Notes under the pieces: model-generated
What the model was told of the DNA's origin: nothing
The model's database searches: none
Seen by the model: only the letters and a program-made list of their open reading frames with translations
Position numbers and translations under genes: made by a program
From: Eremomyces bilateralis CBS 781.70
Lineage: Eukaryota
Assembly: GCA_010015585.1 (NCBI GenBank)
Contig: ML975154.1
DNA length: 64,000 bases
Strand: one strand, 5' to 3'
Shown here: positions 49,894-63,896 of the stretch, piece after piece
How the letters are laid out: each line of letters starts with the position of its first letter
Position numbering within the stretch: position 1 is the stretch's first letter

Positions 49894-50523
49894 ATGTCCA
49901 AACCAAACGCCTCCAACACCAAATCCAGCGACACCTCCTTCCGCAAAACCTGGGACCGCGACGAGTACGCCGCCAAAGCGCACACTCGCGACGAACACAC
50001 CCGCACGGAAGCCAAAGCGCGCTACGAAGCGACAATCGCGGGCAAGAAATACCACCGGCGCGCCTCAACGCCCCCCGATGCGCGCGACACGGAAGCGCGG
50101 GCGCACCGCCTCGATGTGGCGAGCCAGGTGGGCAAGACGATGATCGTGCCGGCGGGGATGGCGGTGGGGAAACGGGGGCGAGGCGCGGGGTTCTACTGCG
50201 ACGCGTGCGACCTGACGTTTAAAGACAACGTGCAGTTGGTGGAGCATTTGAATAGCAAGCAGCATTTGGTGGCGACGGGGCAGAGTGGGGAAGTAAGGAA
50301 GGCCGGCGTGAAGGAGGTGAGGGAGCGGTTGAGGTGGTTGAAGAGGAAGAGGGGAGAGGAGGAGAGGGAGATGGTGGTGGATTTGGGAGAGCGGTTGGAG
50401 AAGCGGAGGGAGGAGGGGGAGGCGGAGGCGGAGGAGAAGAGGGTGGCGAGGAGGGAGAAGAGGAGGAGGGCGAAGGAGTTGAAGAGGGGTGGGGGGTTGG
50501 GAAGGGATCCGGATGATGAGTGA
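49894..50523 (+). CDS. SNU23: U4/U6.U5 tri-snRNP zinc-finger protein Snu23 (ZMAT2)
   Basis: FRKTWDRDEY; GAGFYCDACDLTFKDNVQLVEHLNSKQH matrin-type finger; charged C-terminus. Confidence 0.92.
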   Translation: MSKPNASNTKSSDTSFRKTWDRDEYAAKAHTRDEHTRTEAKARYEATIAGKKYHRRASTPPDARDTEARAHRLDVASQVGKTMIVPAGMAVGKRGRGAGFYCDACDLTFKDNVQLVEHLNSKQHLVATGQSGEVRKAGVKEVRERLRWLKRKRGEEEREMVVDLGERLEKRREEGEAEAEEKRVARREKRRRAKELKRGGGLGRDPDDE

Positions 50524-51446
50524 GGGGTGTTGAAGATGTTGCTTGCATTTGGTTTAAAACATTGCATTGGGTGGCGTTTGGGAGGAATCTCGGAGCTGGT
50601 CATGGAGTACGCATGGCGGACTATATCAGGACAGGAGTTATACCGCCAACCGGAATGGGCTTTTGCATGAATATGGCCTGCGAGGCACCGATGTCTATAT
50701 TATACTTTCGAGCGTTCAGGGTAGTGAGTCCACACTACCACTACCGCCGCTCAATCAACCCCGGATAGCAAGACCGCTCTCAATCTTGGGGGATATCGTC
50801 GTACGGAAGAGGGGCTACACAGTATCACGGCTTCTTCCTTCGAAGTTTCGGTGCTGAAAGGATGCTACGTGTATGTCCTTGTTTCTTACTAAGACACACC
50901 TCTACCCTCGAGAGTCCATTCACGCTTTCACTATTCACATCCAGTGCCTACACCTGCAAACGCGGGACAATAGGGACATCCTATGTTTTGGTCAAGCCTG
51001 ACAGAAGAAGGTCACATGTACAGAATGCAATAAGCAGAGGAACAGAAACTGAGAAACGAGGCCTTCCAAATCGCCCGAACCATCAATTTGTGTAAATGCG
51101 AGAGCTGTAGTTAAATGAATCTTGACTTTGATAGTTAATGCATTTTAGGTCGCATGCTACAATGAGGGCGAAGTGCAGCACAGCCAATCAAAAGTGAGTG
51201 AGGATCACCCCCCCCGTCGAGGGGCTCGCGTTCCAAACAAACGTGGCGGATTTCTCCAAAACAGTGAAGGCGTAAACAATAACAGAACAACAACTTCCAT
51301 CCCAACCGTTCAATCTCTCCTTTGCTTCCCTTACACTCTCATTGCAGAAAATCCTCATGCTGGTCGATAGACCTGCCATTCGTTTGTTACTGTCTATTTG
51401 ACCTTGTACAACTGGGCGTTGCGCGTGGACCGCGTTTGTCCTCGAT

Positions 51447-54400
51447 ATGGACGACTCCATGATGGATGATTCGGTGTTTTCGGATGGAGGGAGTTCCGAT
51501 TTCGCGCCTGTGACGAAGGTAAGCCTGCCTAGAAGTGATATATCAGATGTAAGTGGATGCTAAACTGAATTCGCAGAAGGCGAAGGCGCCGGCGAAAACC
51601 GCGAAAACCACGAAGACTGCTGCAAAACCTGCTGCCAAACCCAAGGCAGCAGCAGGCAAAGCCAAGGCCACCGGACTGAAACAGACCACTCTCAAGGCCA
51701 CCAAAGCAGCGCCAAAAAAGCGCGCAAAGCCGGTTTCCGAGGACGAGAACTCGGATATAGATCACGCATCTATCAATGACGATAGCCTGCTCTCAAACAC
51801 ACCTCCCAGCGCGAAGAATCTGAAGAAAGCACCGGCTCCGAAGAAATCGAGTGGCAAACCTCTTCAATCAATTGAGAACGAGAGTTTCACTACGGGTGAT
51901 GGCGAGCCTCCCAAGAAGAAGCCCACCCCGAAGAAGGGTGGCAATTCGGATAGATATCAGAAGGTCGGTTGATCCACCCCGTCATACTGCAATACATCGC
52001 TGACTTGGATACAGCTCACCCAGTTGGAACACATCGTGAAGCGCCCGGATACATATATCGGTTCCGTCGAACCGGAGAAGCGGCAGATGTGGGTGTTCAA
52101 CTCCACGACCGAGTCTATGGAAATGCGAGAGGTCACATACGTACCCGGTTTATACAAGATCTTCGATGAGATTCTGGTCAACGCCGCCGATAACAAGCAG
52201 AATGACAAGAACATGGACGAGATTCGTGTCACGGTCGACCGTGAAAGCGGTGTCATCAGCGTCTGGAACAACGGACGCGGTATCCCGATCGAGATCCATG
52301 CACGCGAGGGGATTTACATTCCGGAGATGATTTTCGGCCATCTCCTGACGTCTTCCAACTACGACGATGACCAGCAGAAAGTAACCGGTGGTCGTAACGG
52401 TTACGGCGCGAAGCTCTGCAATGTTTTCAGCACGGAGTTCACGATCGAAACCGCCGATGCCAAACAGAAGAAGAGATACAAGCAGACTTGGACCAAGAAC
52501 ATGAGCGTGATGGGAAAGGCCAAGATCACGGACAACAAAAATGGCGACGAGTACACCAAGGCCACCTTCTGTCCAGACTACGCCAAATTTGGCATGGCTG
52601 GCATCGATGACGACTTGGAAGCACTCATTAAACGCCGAGTTTACGACTTGGCAGGCACCAGCAAAGGCGTCAAGGTCAAGCTCAACGGCGATCGCATCAA
52701 GGTCAATACTTTTCAAAAGTACATCGAGATGTACACCAAGGCGATCAAAGCCGAACAAGGTGAATCGGAAACGAACGAGAAGCAAGTCATTCTACGAGAC
52801 AATCCCGATCCACGATGGGAAATTGGCTTCGCTGTATCAGACGGATCTTTCCAGCAAGTCTCTTTCGTCAATTCTATCGCGACATCGTCAGGTGGCTCCC
52901 ACGTCAACTATGTCGCAGATCAGATTGTTTCCAAGCTTATGGACATCCTCAAGAAGGACAAGAAGAGCGTCCAGCTCAAGCCACACCAGATCAAGAACCA
53001 CCTCTTCCTCTTCGTGAACTGCCAGATTGTCAACCCAGCCTTCACCTCTCAGACGAAGGAACAACTGACAACCAAGCCTTCACAATTCGGAAGCAGATGC
53101 GTCGTCAGCGACGAGTTCTTGAAGAAGATGCTGAAAACCGATGTTCTGCGCAACATTCGTGATTTCGCTCAGAAGAAGGCCGATCAGATGCTCTCGAAGT
53201 CCGATGGTAGCAAGAGAAGCCGGATGAATAATTCCAAGCTGACCGATGCGAACAGAGCCGGCACGAAGGATGGCTGGCGTTGCACTCTGATTCTGACGGA
53301 AGGTGACTCGGCCAGTGGTCTCGCTCTTGCGGGACGTTCTGTCGTCGGTGCAGACTACATCGGCGTGTTTCCGCTTCGTGGTAAGCTGCTCAACGTTCGA
53401 GACGCGTCCATCGACCAGATCACGAAGAATCAGGAGATTCAAAACATCAAGAAGTTCATGGGTCTCCAGCACAAGAAGGAATATACGGATACCAAGTCCC
53501 TTCGATACGGCCATTTGATGATCATGACGGATCAGGACCACGACGGATCCCATATCAAAGGCCTCCTGATCAACTTCATCCAGTGCTCTTTCCCTAGCCT
53601 GTTGAAGATCCCCGACTTTCTCAACGTGTTCATCACACCTATCGTGAAGGTATGGAAAGGCGACCCTAAACATCCAAAGTCAATGAAGTCCTTCTTCACC
53701 ATGCCCGAATATAACGCATGGAAGCTAGAGCATGGACATCAAAAAGGCTGGGATCACAAATACTTCAAAGGATTGGGTACCAGCGACCCCGAAGATGGAG
53801 AAATCTATTTCCGCGACCTAGATCGGCATCTCAAAGAATTTGAACCCATCAAGAGGGAAGAAACGGAGTTGATTGATCTCGCTTTCTCAAAGAAGAAAGC
53901 CGATGCTCGAAAGAACTGGCTCCGCGAATTCGTTCCTGGAACATTTTTGGACATGTCCCAGCGCATGATCAGCTATGATGAGTTCGTGAACAAGGAACTC
54001 ATCCTCTTCAGTATCGCGGATTGTGAGCGTTCAATTCCATCAATGGTCGACGGCCTCAAACCCACTCAGCGCAAGGTCATGTATACCTGTTTCCGACGCA
54101 ACTTGAAGAAAGACGTCAAGGTTGTCGAACTCGCTGGTTCCGTCTCCGAGATGACCAAGTACGCATACGGCGAGAGTTCCATGCAGCAGACGATCGTCGG
54201 GCTGGCTCAAAACTTTGTCGGATCCAATAACGTCAATCTCTTGGAGCCCAGCGGTACTTTCGGTACGCGTCGCATGGGTGGACAAGACGCGGCTAGCCCT
54301 CGTTACATCTACACGAGGCTGTCGCCGTTTGCTCGAAAGCTGTTCAATCCTGCGGATGAGCCGCTTCTGAAGTATCATGAAGATGATGGGAAGACGATCG

Positions 54401-56767
54401 AGCCGCACAGCTACGTCCCCGTCCTTCCGATGATCTTGGTCAACGGCGCCGATGGCATTGGGACCGGTTGGAGCACGTCCATCCCGAACTACAAGCCTGA
54501 AGACATCGTAGACAATATGAAGCGGCGGATGGCTGGGACTTGTAAGGAGGATATGCTTCCCATGACCCCCTGGTTCCGTGGCTTCAAAGGCCCTGTTGAA
54601 GACCTCGGTGGGAACAAATTCAAGTTCGGCGGTATCATCCGAAAGACTGGCAATAACGAAGTGGAAATCACGGAATTGCCGGTGCGGATGTGGACGCAGG
54701 ACTTCAAGGACAAGCTTGAAGAGATCATCTCGGCTGAAAAGACGCCATCATTCGTTAAGGACTATTCGGAGTACAACACCCCAACCACCGTCCATTTCAT
54801 TATCAAGATGGAAGACAAACACATGCAGGTTGCGGTGGAGATGGGTCTGGATGAGCGATTCAAGCTTGCCAAAACGATGACCACGACCAATCTCGTTGCG
54901 TTTGATGCGCAGGGCCGCATCCACAAATATGACACGGTCCTGGACATTATGGAGGAGTTCTACCACGTCCGCCTTCGGTTCTATGAGAAGCGCAAAGAGT
55001 TTCAGTTGGACCAACTCCAGAAGGAGCTTGACAAACTGAGCAATCAGTCCCGTTTCATCCAGATGGTCATCGACAACAAACTCACCATCGCCAAAAAGAA
55101 GAAGCAGGCCCTGGTGGCCGAATTGCAGAAGCTGAATTTTAGGCCCTTCCCGAAGGTCGCGGATGCCAAAAAAGAAGGCGAGCTAGAAGAGGCAGCGGAA
55201 GATGAGGAGGAATCTGAAGCAGTGGGAGCAAACGACTATGACTACCTGTTGGGTGTAAGTATCCCGCAAGCAAACACATGTACCTGTGACCTTCTAACCC
55301 CATTTTCATTAGATGCCCATGTGGTCCCTCACACGCGAACGCATCGACAAACTTCTCAAGCAAATCGGCGACAAGGAAACCGAAATCGACCTGCTCATCA
55401 AGCTGTCGCCCAAAGATCTCTGGACGCGGGATCTCGATGACTTCGTCGACGAATGGCACGCCCAGCTGGCCGACGAGCAGCAGCGCAAGAAGAAGATCGC
55501 CGGCATGGGTCGCCGTGCGTCCGCTAAGCTGGGCGGCATCGCTGGTTCGAAAGCGAGCAAGCGCAAGGCGGCCGATAGCGACGACGGGGACTTCGAGATC
55601 GTCAAGAAGAAGAAGACGACCTTGAGCAAGGCGCCGGTGAAGAATGCTGGCTTGTTGAGTTATTTGAATAAGGCGGGGCCGACCAAAGCGGTACTGGATA
55701 GTCCTCCTGCCACTGAGGTAGGTGCTGCGTCCCCGCCCCGGCCGAAGTTCCAGTATCCGTCTGCCGGATTCGACGGGTCGTCTGATGTAGAGATGGCGGA
55801 TTCCGAGCCCGTCAAACCCGCTCCGGTGACGAAGACCACCAAGTCTGCCAAACCTGCCGCAGCGAAGCCCAAGAAACCCGCAGCATCCAAGGCCCCCCTC
55901 CCCTCTCCAGACTCCGACGACGACGCTGATGTCTTCGTTGCCGTCGCCGAGGAACCTAAACGCCCCGCTCGCCAAGCCCGCACCGCTGCCCGCAAGCCCG
56001 CCAAATACGTCCTCTCCTCCGACAGCGACTCCGACGCCTCCGACTCTCGCCCCGACCACCTCGGCGACGTCTCCATGATGGTCAAAGGCATCGGCCTGGG
56101 CCCGGACACCTCCAGCGGCGCCTCCCGTACCCTCTTCTCCAACACCGCCCGTCCCGGCAGCGCCAACGGTCTCTCCGCCAAAGCCGGCGGCCGCTCCCGC
56201 CTCAGCACCATGTCCCGCGTTGTCGACCTCTCGGACGACGAGATTGACGCGACGGACTACACGAAGTTGATTCCGCAAGACTCGCCGCGGCGGCCGGCGG
56301 TGCGGACGGCGAACGAGACGGTGTTGTCGGATGATGAGGAGGAGGAGGATAGCTTCATCGCGAGCGCGAAGCCGAAGCCGAAGGCTGTGGTGGGCAAGGT
56401 CGCGGCTGCGAAGCCGACGGCGAAGCGTGCGGTGGAGAAGGCGCCGAAGACGGTGAAGCCGGTGACTTTGAGCCCTGCGGCCAAGGCATATGCGATGAAG
56501 CAGGCGAAGGCGTCGGCTGCTGCGAGCGCCGGGGTATCTACGGCGAAACCGAAGGCGAAGGCGGCGCCGAAGGTGGTGGATTCGGAGGATGATATGGTGG
56601 ATGAGTTGCTCAGCGATGAGGAAGAGGAGGAGTCGCTGGTGAAGCCGGTGGCGAGGCCGGGGCGGCTGGCGGCGAGGAAGCCGGCGAAATATGTGGTGAG
56701 TGAAGAGGAGAGTGAGGAGGATAGCTTCCAGGAGGAGAGTTTCGTGGTGGACGACGATAGCGATTAA
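51447..56767 (+). CDS. TOP2: DNA topoisomerase II
   Basis: EHIVKRPDTYIGS, FDEILVNAADN, GGRNGYGAK, TEGDSA, PLRGKLLNV, IMTDQDHDGSHIKGL, ASPRYIYT (catalytic Tyr); introns at about 51519-51576, 51964-52013, 55255-55312. Confidence 0.99.
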
Positions 56768-59700
56768 CTATCATGACGAGGGTGGGAAGGGCGATGGGAC
56801 TATTCATGATGCGATGATGGATTTCATGGTTATTGGGCATGGTTACAGCGTGTATATTACTAACTACTAGTACACTACTAGTTGCCGTATGGAGCGCTGA
56901 TATCCTCAAATGGGAATATTTCATTATTACTACTTCGTCCTGCAATTCATAGTGCGATTAATGTCTGCTTGGCCCAGGACCACTAGCTCGCTTGGCTGAA
57001 CTTTAAATGAACCATCATCTCATTCTTCCTTCTCAAAAACGAGGTTACAATCAACGCTCGATGCCCATCCATGCCTCTATTGTGGTATTTAATGTCAAAG
57101 TTCCATTACCGTACAGGCCGAAGATTGTATATTGTACCCCGTCGATCCGCGTCTTGTGTTGTTTCTTTCACTTCCGCCTTCTCAACTATTGAATTCAAGA
57201 GTATCATCCGCATGTGTCACAATGCTACCAGCTCAGTTATTTAGCATCTAAACCTTACCGGATCCAACCAAGGCTACTGTCTCCTGTTGAATTGATGAAG
57301 TCGGTAATGTATTGAGCACTAAGGTATTGACGCAGCCGAACGCCCGCGATGGATGTCCGAGCCAAGATCCATTGGATGGTTTCATTAGCTCTTCATTCAT
57401 GTTTGGAAAGAAGCCTTGATGTTTATCTCGGCTCGGGTTGACTTCGTCACACGAATCTAAAGCCGTCGCCTTGATCTTGCCGTCTGTTGGTTTGCAATTG
57501 GGCCTTCCCTTCGGCTTATCATCTTTCCGACCGCTTGTCGGTTTTTATATGCTTTTTTCGACGTACGTGGAACCCCAATCGATGCCTAACCCGACGATAC
57601 CTATGGTTGCACACGACGCAATGTCGACTCCCAAGGAGATCAAAATCCTCCACTCAGCGGCTAAATCGAACTCGAGTTTGTCGACATTGGGATAACAATG
57701 CCATTATCTGGACTTTGCACGACATGAGCACGCGTCCATCGGACTGCTGGATCGAATCCTGGAAACGGATCCTGTCACTGTGACCATAGCATTCTGCTTC
57801 CAGGCACCGTGACACTCATCTCGCATGGAGCGTTGCACCTCAATCACGGTTGTTCAATGACGCCAATCTATTTCGACTTGAGAGCTTCCTTGATGAGGAA
57901 AAGTCCAAGACGGCAGTATTGGTGTTAAGGCAGCACCATGCGCTCATTCCTTAAGCTAGCACAACAATTGGCTGGAGCAAACGTGTCACCAGTGTGGGCT
58001 CCTATCGATCAATGATCGATTTGTGCCCCGATGCCTCTCAACTAATGGTTCACGTCGCATAGCCTTAGAATCTCCTCTTCTTCTCACTGATTAACGGAGC
58101 CTAGGTTGGAGGCCTAGTATAGCCGGCAATTTCAATCCCATGAAGTATCTTGTCTGGACAATTTGGCACTTCCCGTCGGCAAACACAGCTTGCCTCCTAT
58201 TTCTCACAGCATCGTTAGATACCACTCACCTAAATGTTTGAATGATGTCTTTACCTTCGTCCTTCCAAAACATACGCGGATGCCGGATGAGATGCCTTTT
58301 TCTGGTTAGAGATTGCCCTCATCCGCGGGATCTCTTAAGGTCCGCTTGCTGGTACTTCCCTCGCTTCCCAGCCGCAAATTACAAGGCTCCAGCCACGTTA
58401 CACAGATCAACAACACCGATTGTTCCGGCAGACACAGACCAAATCTCCTCGACATTTCTGAAGAGCTTGAGCGATCGCGGATATTTCTCAATCAGGAACT
58501 CTTCCTTCGGTGGCTGGTCCGGAAGGATCAGGTGACTTGAGGCTCTCATCACTCTAGAGTTCTCCCAACAGCGTCGCATCGATGCTTTACGGCAACGGGC
58601 AGCAACATGCTCCCACTCAAGATTCGGGTCGACGAGCGGTCAAAGTGAAACATGAAGCGGTGTCCGCAGATCTTCGGCGGTGAACGGCTATCAACACATC
58701 CCATCGACACATATCCTTCCCAGTGTCTCTACTATGTCTGGAAGCCGAATTGGTCTCAGTTGCGAGGAAAATGCAACGAACCGGCTTCGACTAAACCAAC
58801 AGCAGAATCTCTGCCGAAGCAGTTGCAGCACCGGCGTTCGCATACCTGACGAGACTTGTTTCTAGGGTCGTGGAGGGCTGGTTGCGCCAACGGAAGGGCC
58901 AAGTCCATATACTCCCACGTTGTTGTAACCAGCCTGTCAAACCGAGTAACACTGCCGTACCGAGGGCAGCGGGAGCCCTGACTCCGGTCAGAGGACCGCC
59001 TGTCGAGTCACGCCTGCTTGCCCTGTTGCTCAAACCTGTGTACTCAGCTGGTGTTCCAAACTGGGCTCTGGCAACTGAAACCTAATCCAATCAGCATTGT
59101 CGGTGCTTTTGGTTGCGTTTTGATCGCCCGCTGCAGCCACCCGCAACGACTAAGCCCAAACAAGGGCACCGGCGGCCACGTTTGACTTGCATCTCTAGAT
59201 CAAGCAGGGCATGGGTCGCCTACTGACAGGCGAACGATCACAGACGGGCCTAGGATATACTCCATTGCAGCCGGTTGGTCGACGGAAGCACCTGTAAAAA
59301 CCATTGGGCCGGGAGTCCAGAAAGAGCCTTGCCATGACTATGAGAAGCTCATGACCCTGGACAATCCTAGTACGTCGCCCGACTTCCTTTGCACCACATG
59401 AGCTGCTCGCAGCGAGAACGCTGGAATTCTTCTCGCGTTTGATGTAACTGGGTGCCATACCAGATGCTAGCCCTCCTACTAGGGAACCTCAGATATCCAT
59501 GGAAAATCTCATGGACTGTCAAACCGATCCTGAATTTCCACTGGCTGTCAAATTGTGATATACCAGGGCTTCACTGACACCAATAACGGTCTCCGGCTTG
59601 GCAATTGGCATCTCCTAGCTCTAGTGGACAACCCCATGTCTTCAACTCACGCTGGGACTGGTTCTTGAACCGTGAGGCGTAAAGTCTTTGAGGATGAGGA

Positions 59701-60926
59701 GCCGCCAGAGGATACCCGCAGGTTATGGAAGTGAGGATTCAAAGGCTGAGACCACCACTACACCATGAGCCTCGAATCTAGCGTTGGGGCTTTCACGGGG
59801 TCAATATCTTAACTGGTCCGCGGGAGATTTTCCCGGTTCCTCGTCGATATCAGTCCGTACTCTACTCTCCTCCGTTCTCTGATTTGCTTTGTTTTTAATC
59901 CTCACCTACATACTTATCATGTGCTTCTAAGAGAGTTACAATTGACTGCGGCGTGGGCAAAGAGACATCATTTTGGCGGTCTGAGAGGCCATCTGCATCT
60001 GGCAAACGTACCGCATAATAATGATCTCACTCGCCGAGCCGATAGAGTAGTCTCGCGATGACCATCCACTGATATTGTTCTTGTGTTTTGGTACTGCCGA
60101 ACCCAGTCATTTTACGTGGCCACCAGCGGAAAGTTATAATATTCTATGAGAGGGAGTCGCTGATTCGGAGAGCAACCAAGTATGTGAATGTCTAGATCAA
60201 AGATCAGGTGGCGTGATATCTTTCCCCAATCCTCACCCGCTGCTATTCACTGGTTCTGGCAGACACTGACAAATTCTACCTGTCCAGAAATATACTTATC
60301 CAATACTCCTATCCACTTATCTACCCTCCGACCAACCCTTCCGTATCCTCGGCACTTCCTTTTCAAGCCGAGTTGTCCAGCGAACAAAATCTTGTTCAGA
60401 CGTGGACGTAGAAACTTCGATTCGGAAATCTTGGTCCGCGTTCGGCCCATCTGAACAATAAAGAGAGCGGCATCGGAACGGCTGCAGGCGAAGATTCGTG
60501 CAGGCTTCCATGCTGAGCGCCTTCTGAAAGAACCATACAGTCGCCGGTTGGCAGAGTACCTGCTTGTTGCAGGTTTTCTGGAAGGAAGCAAAAGACCGGA
60601 CGTGGGATCAAAGAAACCTATGACTGGCCGGCGGGTATAAGGGAGTGCTCATTTCTAGTCCTCGTGAGCACCTTTAAAATAGAGGGCAAACGAGGCATCA
60701 CGCCAACCTTCTTTTGTAGAAGATTGAATTATCCGTCCCTGGCGCTACGGCTCAAACCGATCTCTATCTCACAGTGCCACAGTCACTCGCAAACCTCACT
60801 CCCAGGATTTGCTGCACACTTAATCCCGGCCTGGGACACTATTTCGTCCTAGCCTTGTCTTAGTACTTCAAGTGCTGTCACTTTATCTTCCCATTTCACA
60901 GACGACTCCCTCGATATCTGGAAGCG

Positions 60927-62674
60927 ATGCAAATCCAGTCGTTACTTAACCCTTTGTCTGAGCCTCTTCCACCCGGCAGAGTATCACCGCAACGCTCCGC
61001 TCCTGAGTCTACCAGGCCGCAGTCCCATCGACCTGCCCAGGCGAGAGAGAGTTCGGAGCACCCCAGTAGTCAGTTCAAATACGACTCACTATCTACTCAA
61101 CGGCCGGCGAAACTACCCAAAGATGCCCCCATATTCAAGGAACGAAAGCCTAGAGGGCGGGTGAACTTCGCGCCGTACGAGGCCGGAACTGGCAAGGAGA
61201 TGGCTGCACAGCATAAGAAGTTTCGAATCTTTCCTGTGGGGCGCATAGGAGAGTACTGCCGACCAATCCCATACTCAAGCGATAAGAAGTCCTTCTGGTC
61301 TAAGACTGGCCGAGAAGGGTTTGAAGGTACGTCTTGATCCTCAAATGTTAAATATTAAGACGCAAACCAGGTGGAACCGTATGTGTCGTAATTCTCATCG
61401 CTAACGAAGTTACAGTGTTCCAATATACTTTCCAGCTTCCAGGTGAAGACAAGAAGTACACCGTGATGTGGGACTACAACATCGGCCTGGTCCGCATCAC
61501 TCCCTTCTTCAAAGCCTGCAAATACTCCAAGACAACCCCTGCGAAAGTTCTGAACGTCAACCCTGGTCTGCGAGACATAAGCCATAGCATTACTGGGGGG
61601 GCGCTGGTCGCTCAAGGTACGAGCATGCCTTTATATGGAGATTACCGTTCAGTACTGACAAGATAATTAGGATACTGGATGCCCTTCCGATGTGCTCAAG
61701 CTGTCGCATCGAACTTCTGCTACGACATTCGTTGGGCACTGGCGCCTCTTTTTGGGCCGTCCTTTGTCAGTGAATGTTTGCCCCCGTCTCACCAGAACTT
61801 CGGTCACTTCAGAATTGACCCTAGGATTGTCAAGTCATGTACCGATGAGACCATGACGTGGAAGGCAGACGCAGCATCATTGTCCCCTTCCTTCTCGCCT
61901 CCAGCATTCAGAGAGTCGGTTGAAAGGGCTTCCAAATTCACTCCACAGATCATATCCCCATTCGAGGGGCATCCTGTCAGTCCAGCCACTCGACAGACTA
62001 CTGGCCTACAGTCGCAGCCTCTTTGGAGACCTGGAACGTCCATGTCCGCTAAGAACTCACGGTCCCGCAATCGTTTTCACCCTGGCATCGGCGAGAAAGA
62101 CGGTGAAAGCGGAGACGGCACTGATTCCGAAGGCAGTGATCGCTACCACTTCTCCCCTCAAGTCTCTCCCACTTCCAACGCGAGGCAATGGGCAGCAGTA
62201 AATCGCCCGTTACCGAAGCTACACCCTATTCTCACCGCCGACCTCCCCGTTCTGCATTCCCCAACGAGGCGAGCCGATGAACGACGCCCAGCATTCTCCG
62301 TTGGTCACCGCTACACAACATCAACGCCAGCGGTCAGCATCCCAGAGTCAGCCATCACTGCATCGACCGACACGACTGCTGGCTCGGGTAGCACCACTAG
62401 TCTGTCTCTCGGACCGGGAGTCAAACGGAGGGTCGACGACCTGGAATCATCGGATGAGGAACAAAATGAAATTGGGTCACCAAAGACTCCTGAAATATCC
62501 TCGGCGGAGTTGAGCCCGAAGACCACACGGTTCGCAGCCGAGCGGCGATTGAAAACAGAAATGACGGAGCAGGATGAACACCATGCAGCGGAGCTCATAA
62601 TGGCACTGAAAGTGGCGGATAGCAAACTTGTGGATGCACATCGGGACAAGCGAAAGAGGAGGGCAAGTCGATAG
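60927..62674 (+). CDS. APSES / KilA-N transcription factor, Xbp1 subgroup
   Basis: [59 protein letters not shown] across two introns; C-terminal AAELIMAL. Confidence 0.9.
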
Positions 62675-63024
62675 ACATCTTGCATCGCCTGATAATTGCA
62701 ATGAGTACGACCTGCATGTGGGAAATCTAACGAAGTTATGACCGTTCATCCATTTTTATTCAATGGTGTTGGTCCAGCTGCTGTGCTTTATCGGCTTTTT
62801 TTTTGCATGGGCGAACCTGGTGATGGGCTACGACATTTCGTGGATCAGGAGGTTGAAGCGAACATAGATGAGAGCATCCAGAACGCAACGTAAACCACAA
62901 AAAGGAAGATCGGGTTTATTCACAAAGGATTTGGTTATGGTCATGTAAAGTACGGACGGAAGTTAAATTGTGCAATACACCATTCGAGATTTCAGCTCCG
63001 TCGAAACCACCAGCAACTGTTACA

Positions 63025-63896
63025 TCAAGCTTTCGCCGCGAGTTCCTTCTGCTTCAACGCAGCGATCCTCTTTCTCGTTCCCTCAATAAGACCTTCCAGA
63101 GGGAAGTATTTGGTCAAGGTTGGCCTTGAGATCACTGCCTTCGCGTAGCGTGAGAACTTCGGCAGCTTCTCAAGATCTGCAATCAAGGACTTAGGGATGT
63201 GCTCCCCGTGTTCAGCGTATCCATATAATCGTGCGATAAACGGACCAACTTGCGTCTATGTTGGCGCCATATGGTCAGCGATATATACCCACGGGTTTTC
63301 ATTCGCAAAGGTGTATCCATAACGTCATACTTAACTCACCTCAGCAAATGTGAACTCCTCGCTTCCACCGAAGAAAGGCCCCTGTCCTGCCTCCGGCAAC
63401 AATGGCTCGATCTCCTTACGGATCACCTCTACCAACTCTTTAGCCTTCGCTTCCTTTGCTTCAGCGCCTTCCAGGAAGGCGATATTCCGCTGGTAGGAAG
63501 AGACCTTGTTATTGAAGGTGTCTACGAAGAAATTGATGCGAGCGCGAAGAAGCGGTGCCTCAGAGGAAGGCGGCAGAAGTCGCGAGGGGTGTGCATCAAC
63601 CAGGAACTGGGAGACAGTGGCGGACTCGGTGAGGATCGTCGATGGGATCTTGGACGATTCATATTTAAGCGATGGGACAAGGCCGCGCTAAGAATCGTTA
63701 GCATGGGCTCATCGAACAAGCGTCATAGTTGTCGTACTGGGTTGACTTCCAAGTACCATGGCTCGCGTGGAACCTGCAGGTCGATTATGACCTGCTCGTA
63801 TGGCAACCCAAGCTCTTCCAAAGTGGTGTGCGCGCGATGCGCGAACGGGCACAAATGGTTGGTATACAAAGTGATCTTGGGAGTTTCCGAAGCCAT
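63025..63896 (-). CDS. Omega-like (Cys-type) glutathione S-transferase, three exons; absent from the ORF track
   Basis: Manual translation: MASETPKITLYTNHLCPFAHRAHTTLEELGLPYEQVIIDL..WYLEVNP / RGLVPSL..LTESATVSQFL..RARINFFVDTF..PFFGGSEEFTFAE / TQVGPFIARL..LPKFSRYAKAV..ELAAKA-stop. Confidence 0.93.

Noticed and set aside
55255..55312. Apparent frameshifts splitting TOP2, ValRS, NDUFS2 and RPC40 into several ORFs
   Set aside because: All resolved by canonical GT-AG introns with branch points; neither pseudogenes nor programmed frameshifts.
55139..56278. 379-aa minus-strand ORF, and similar long antisense ORFs such as 21839-22981, 48235-49038, 26006-26746, 18591-19220
   Set aside because: Shadows of GC-rich, codon-biased real genes on the opposite strand; no domain features.
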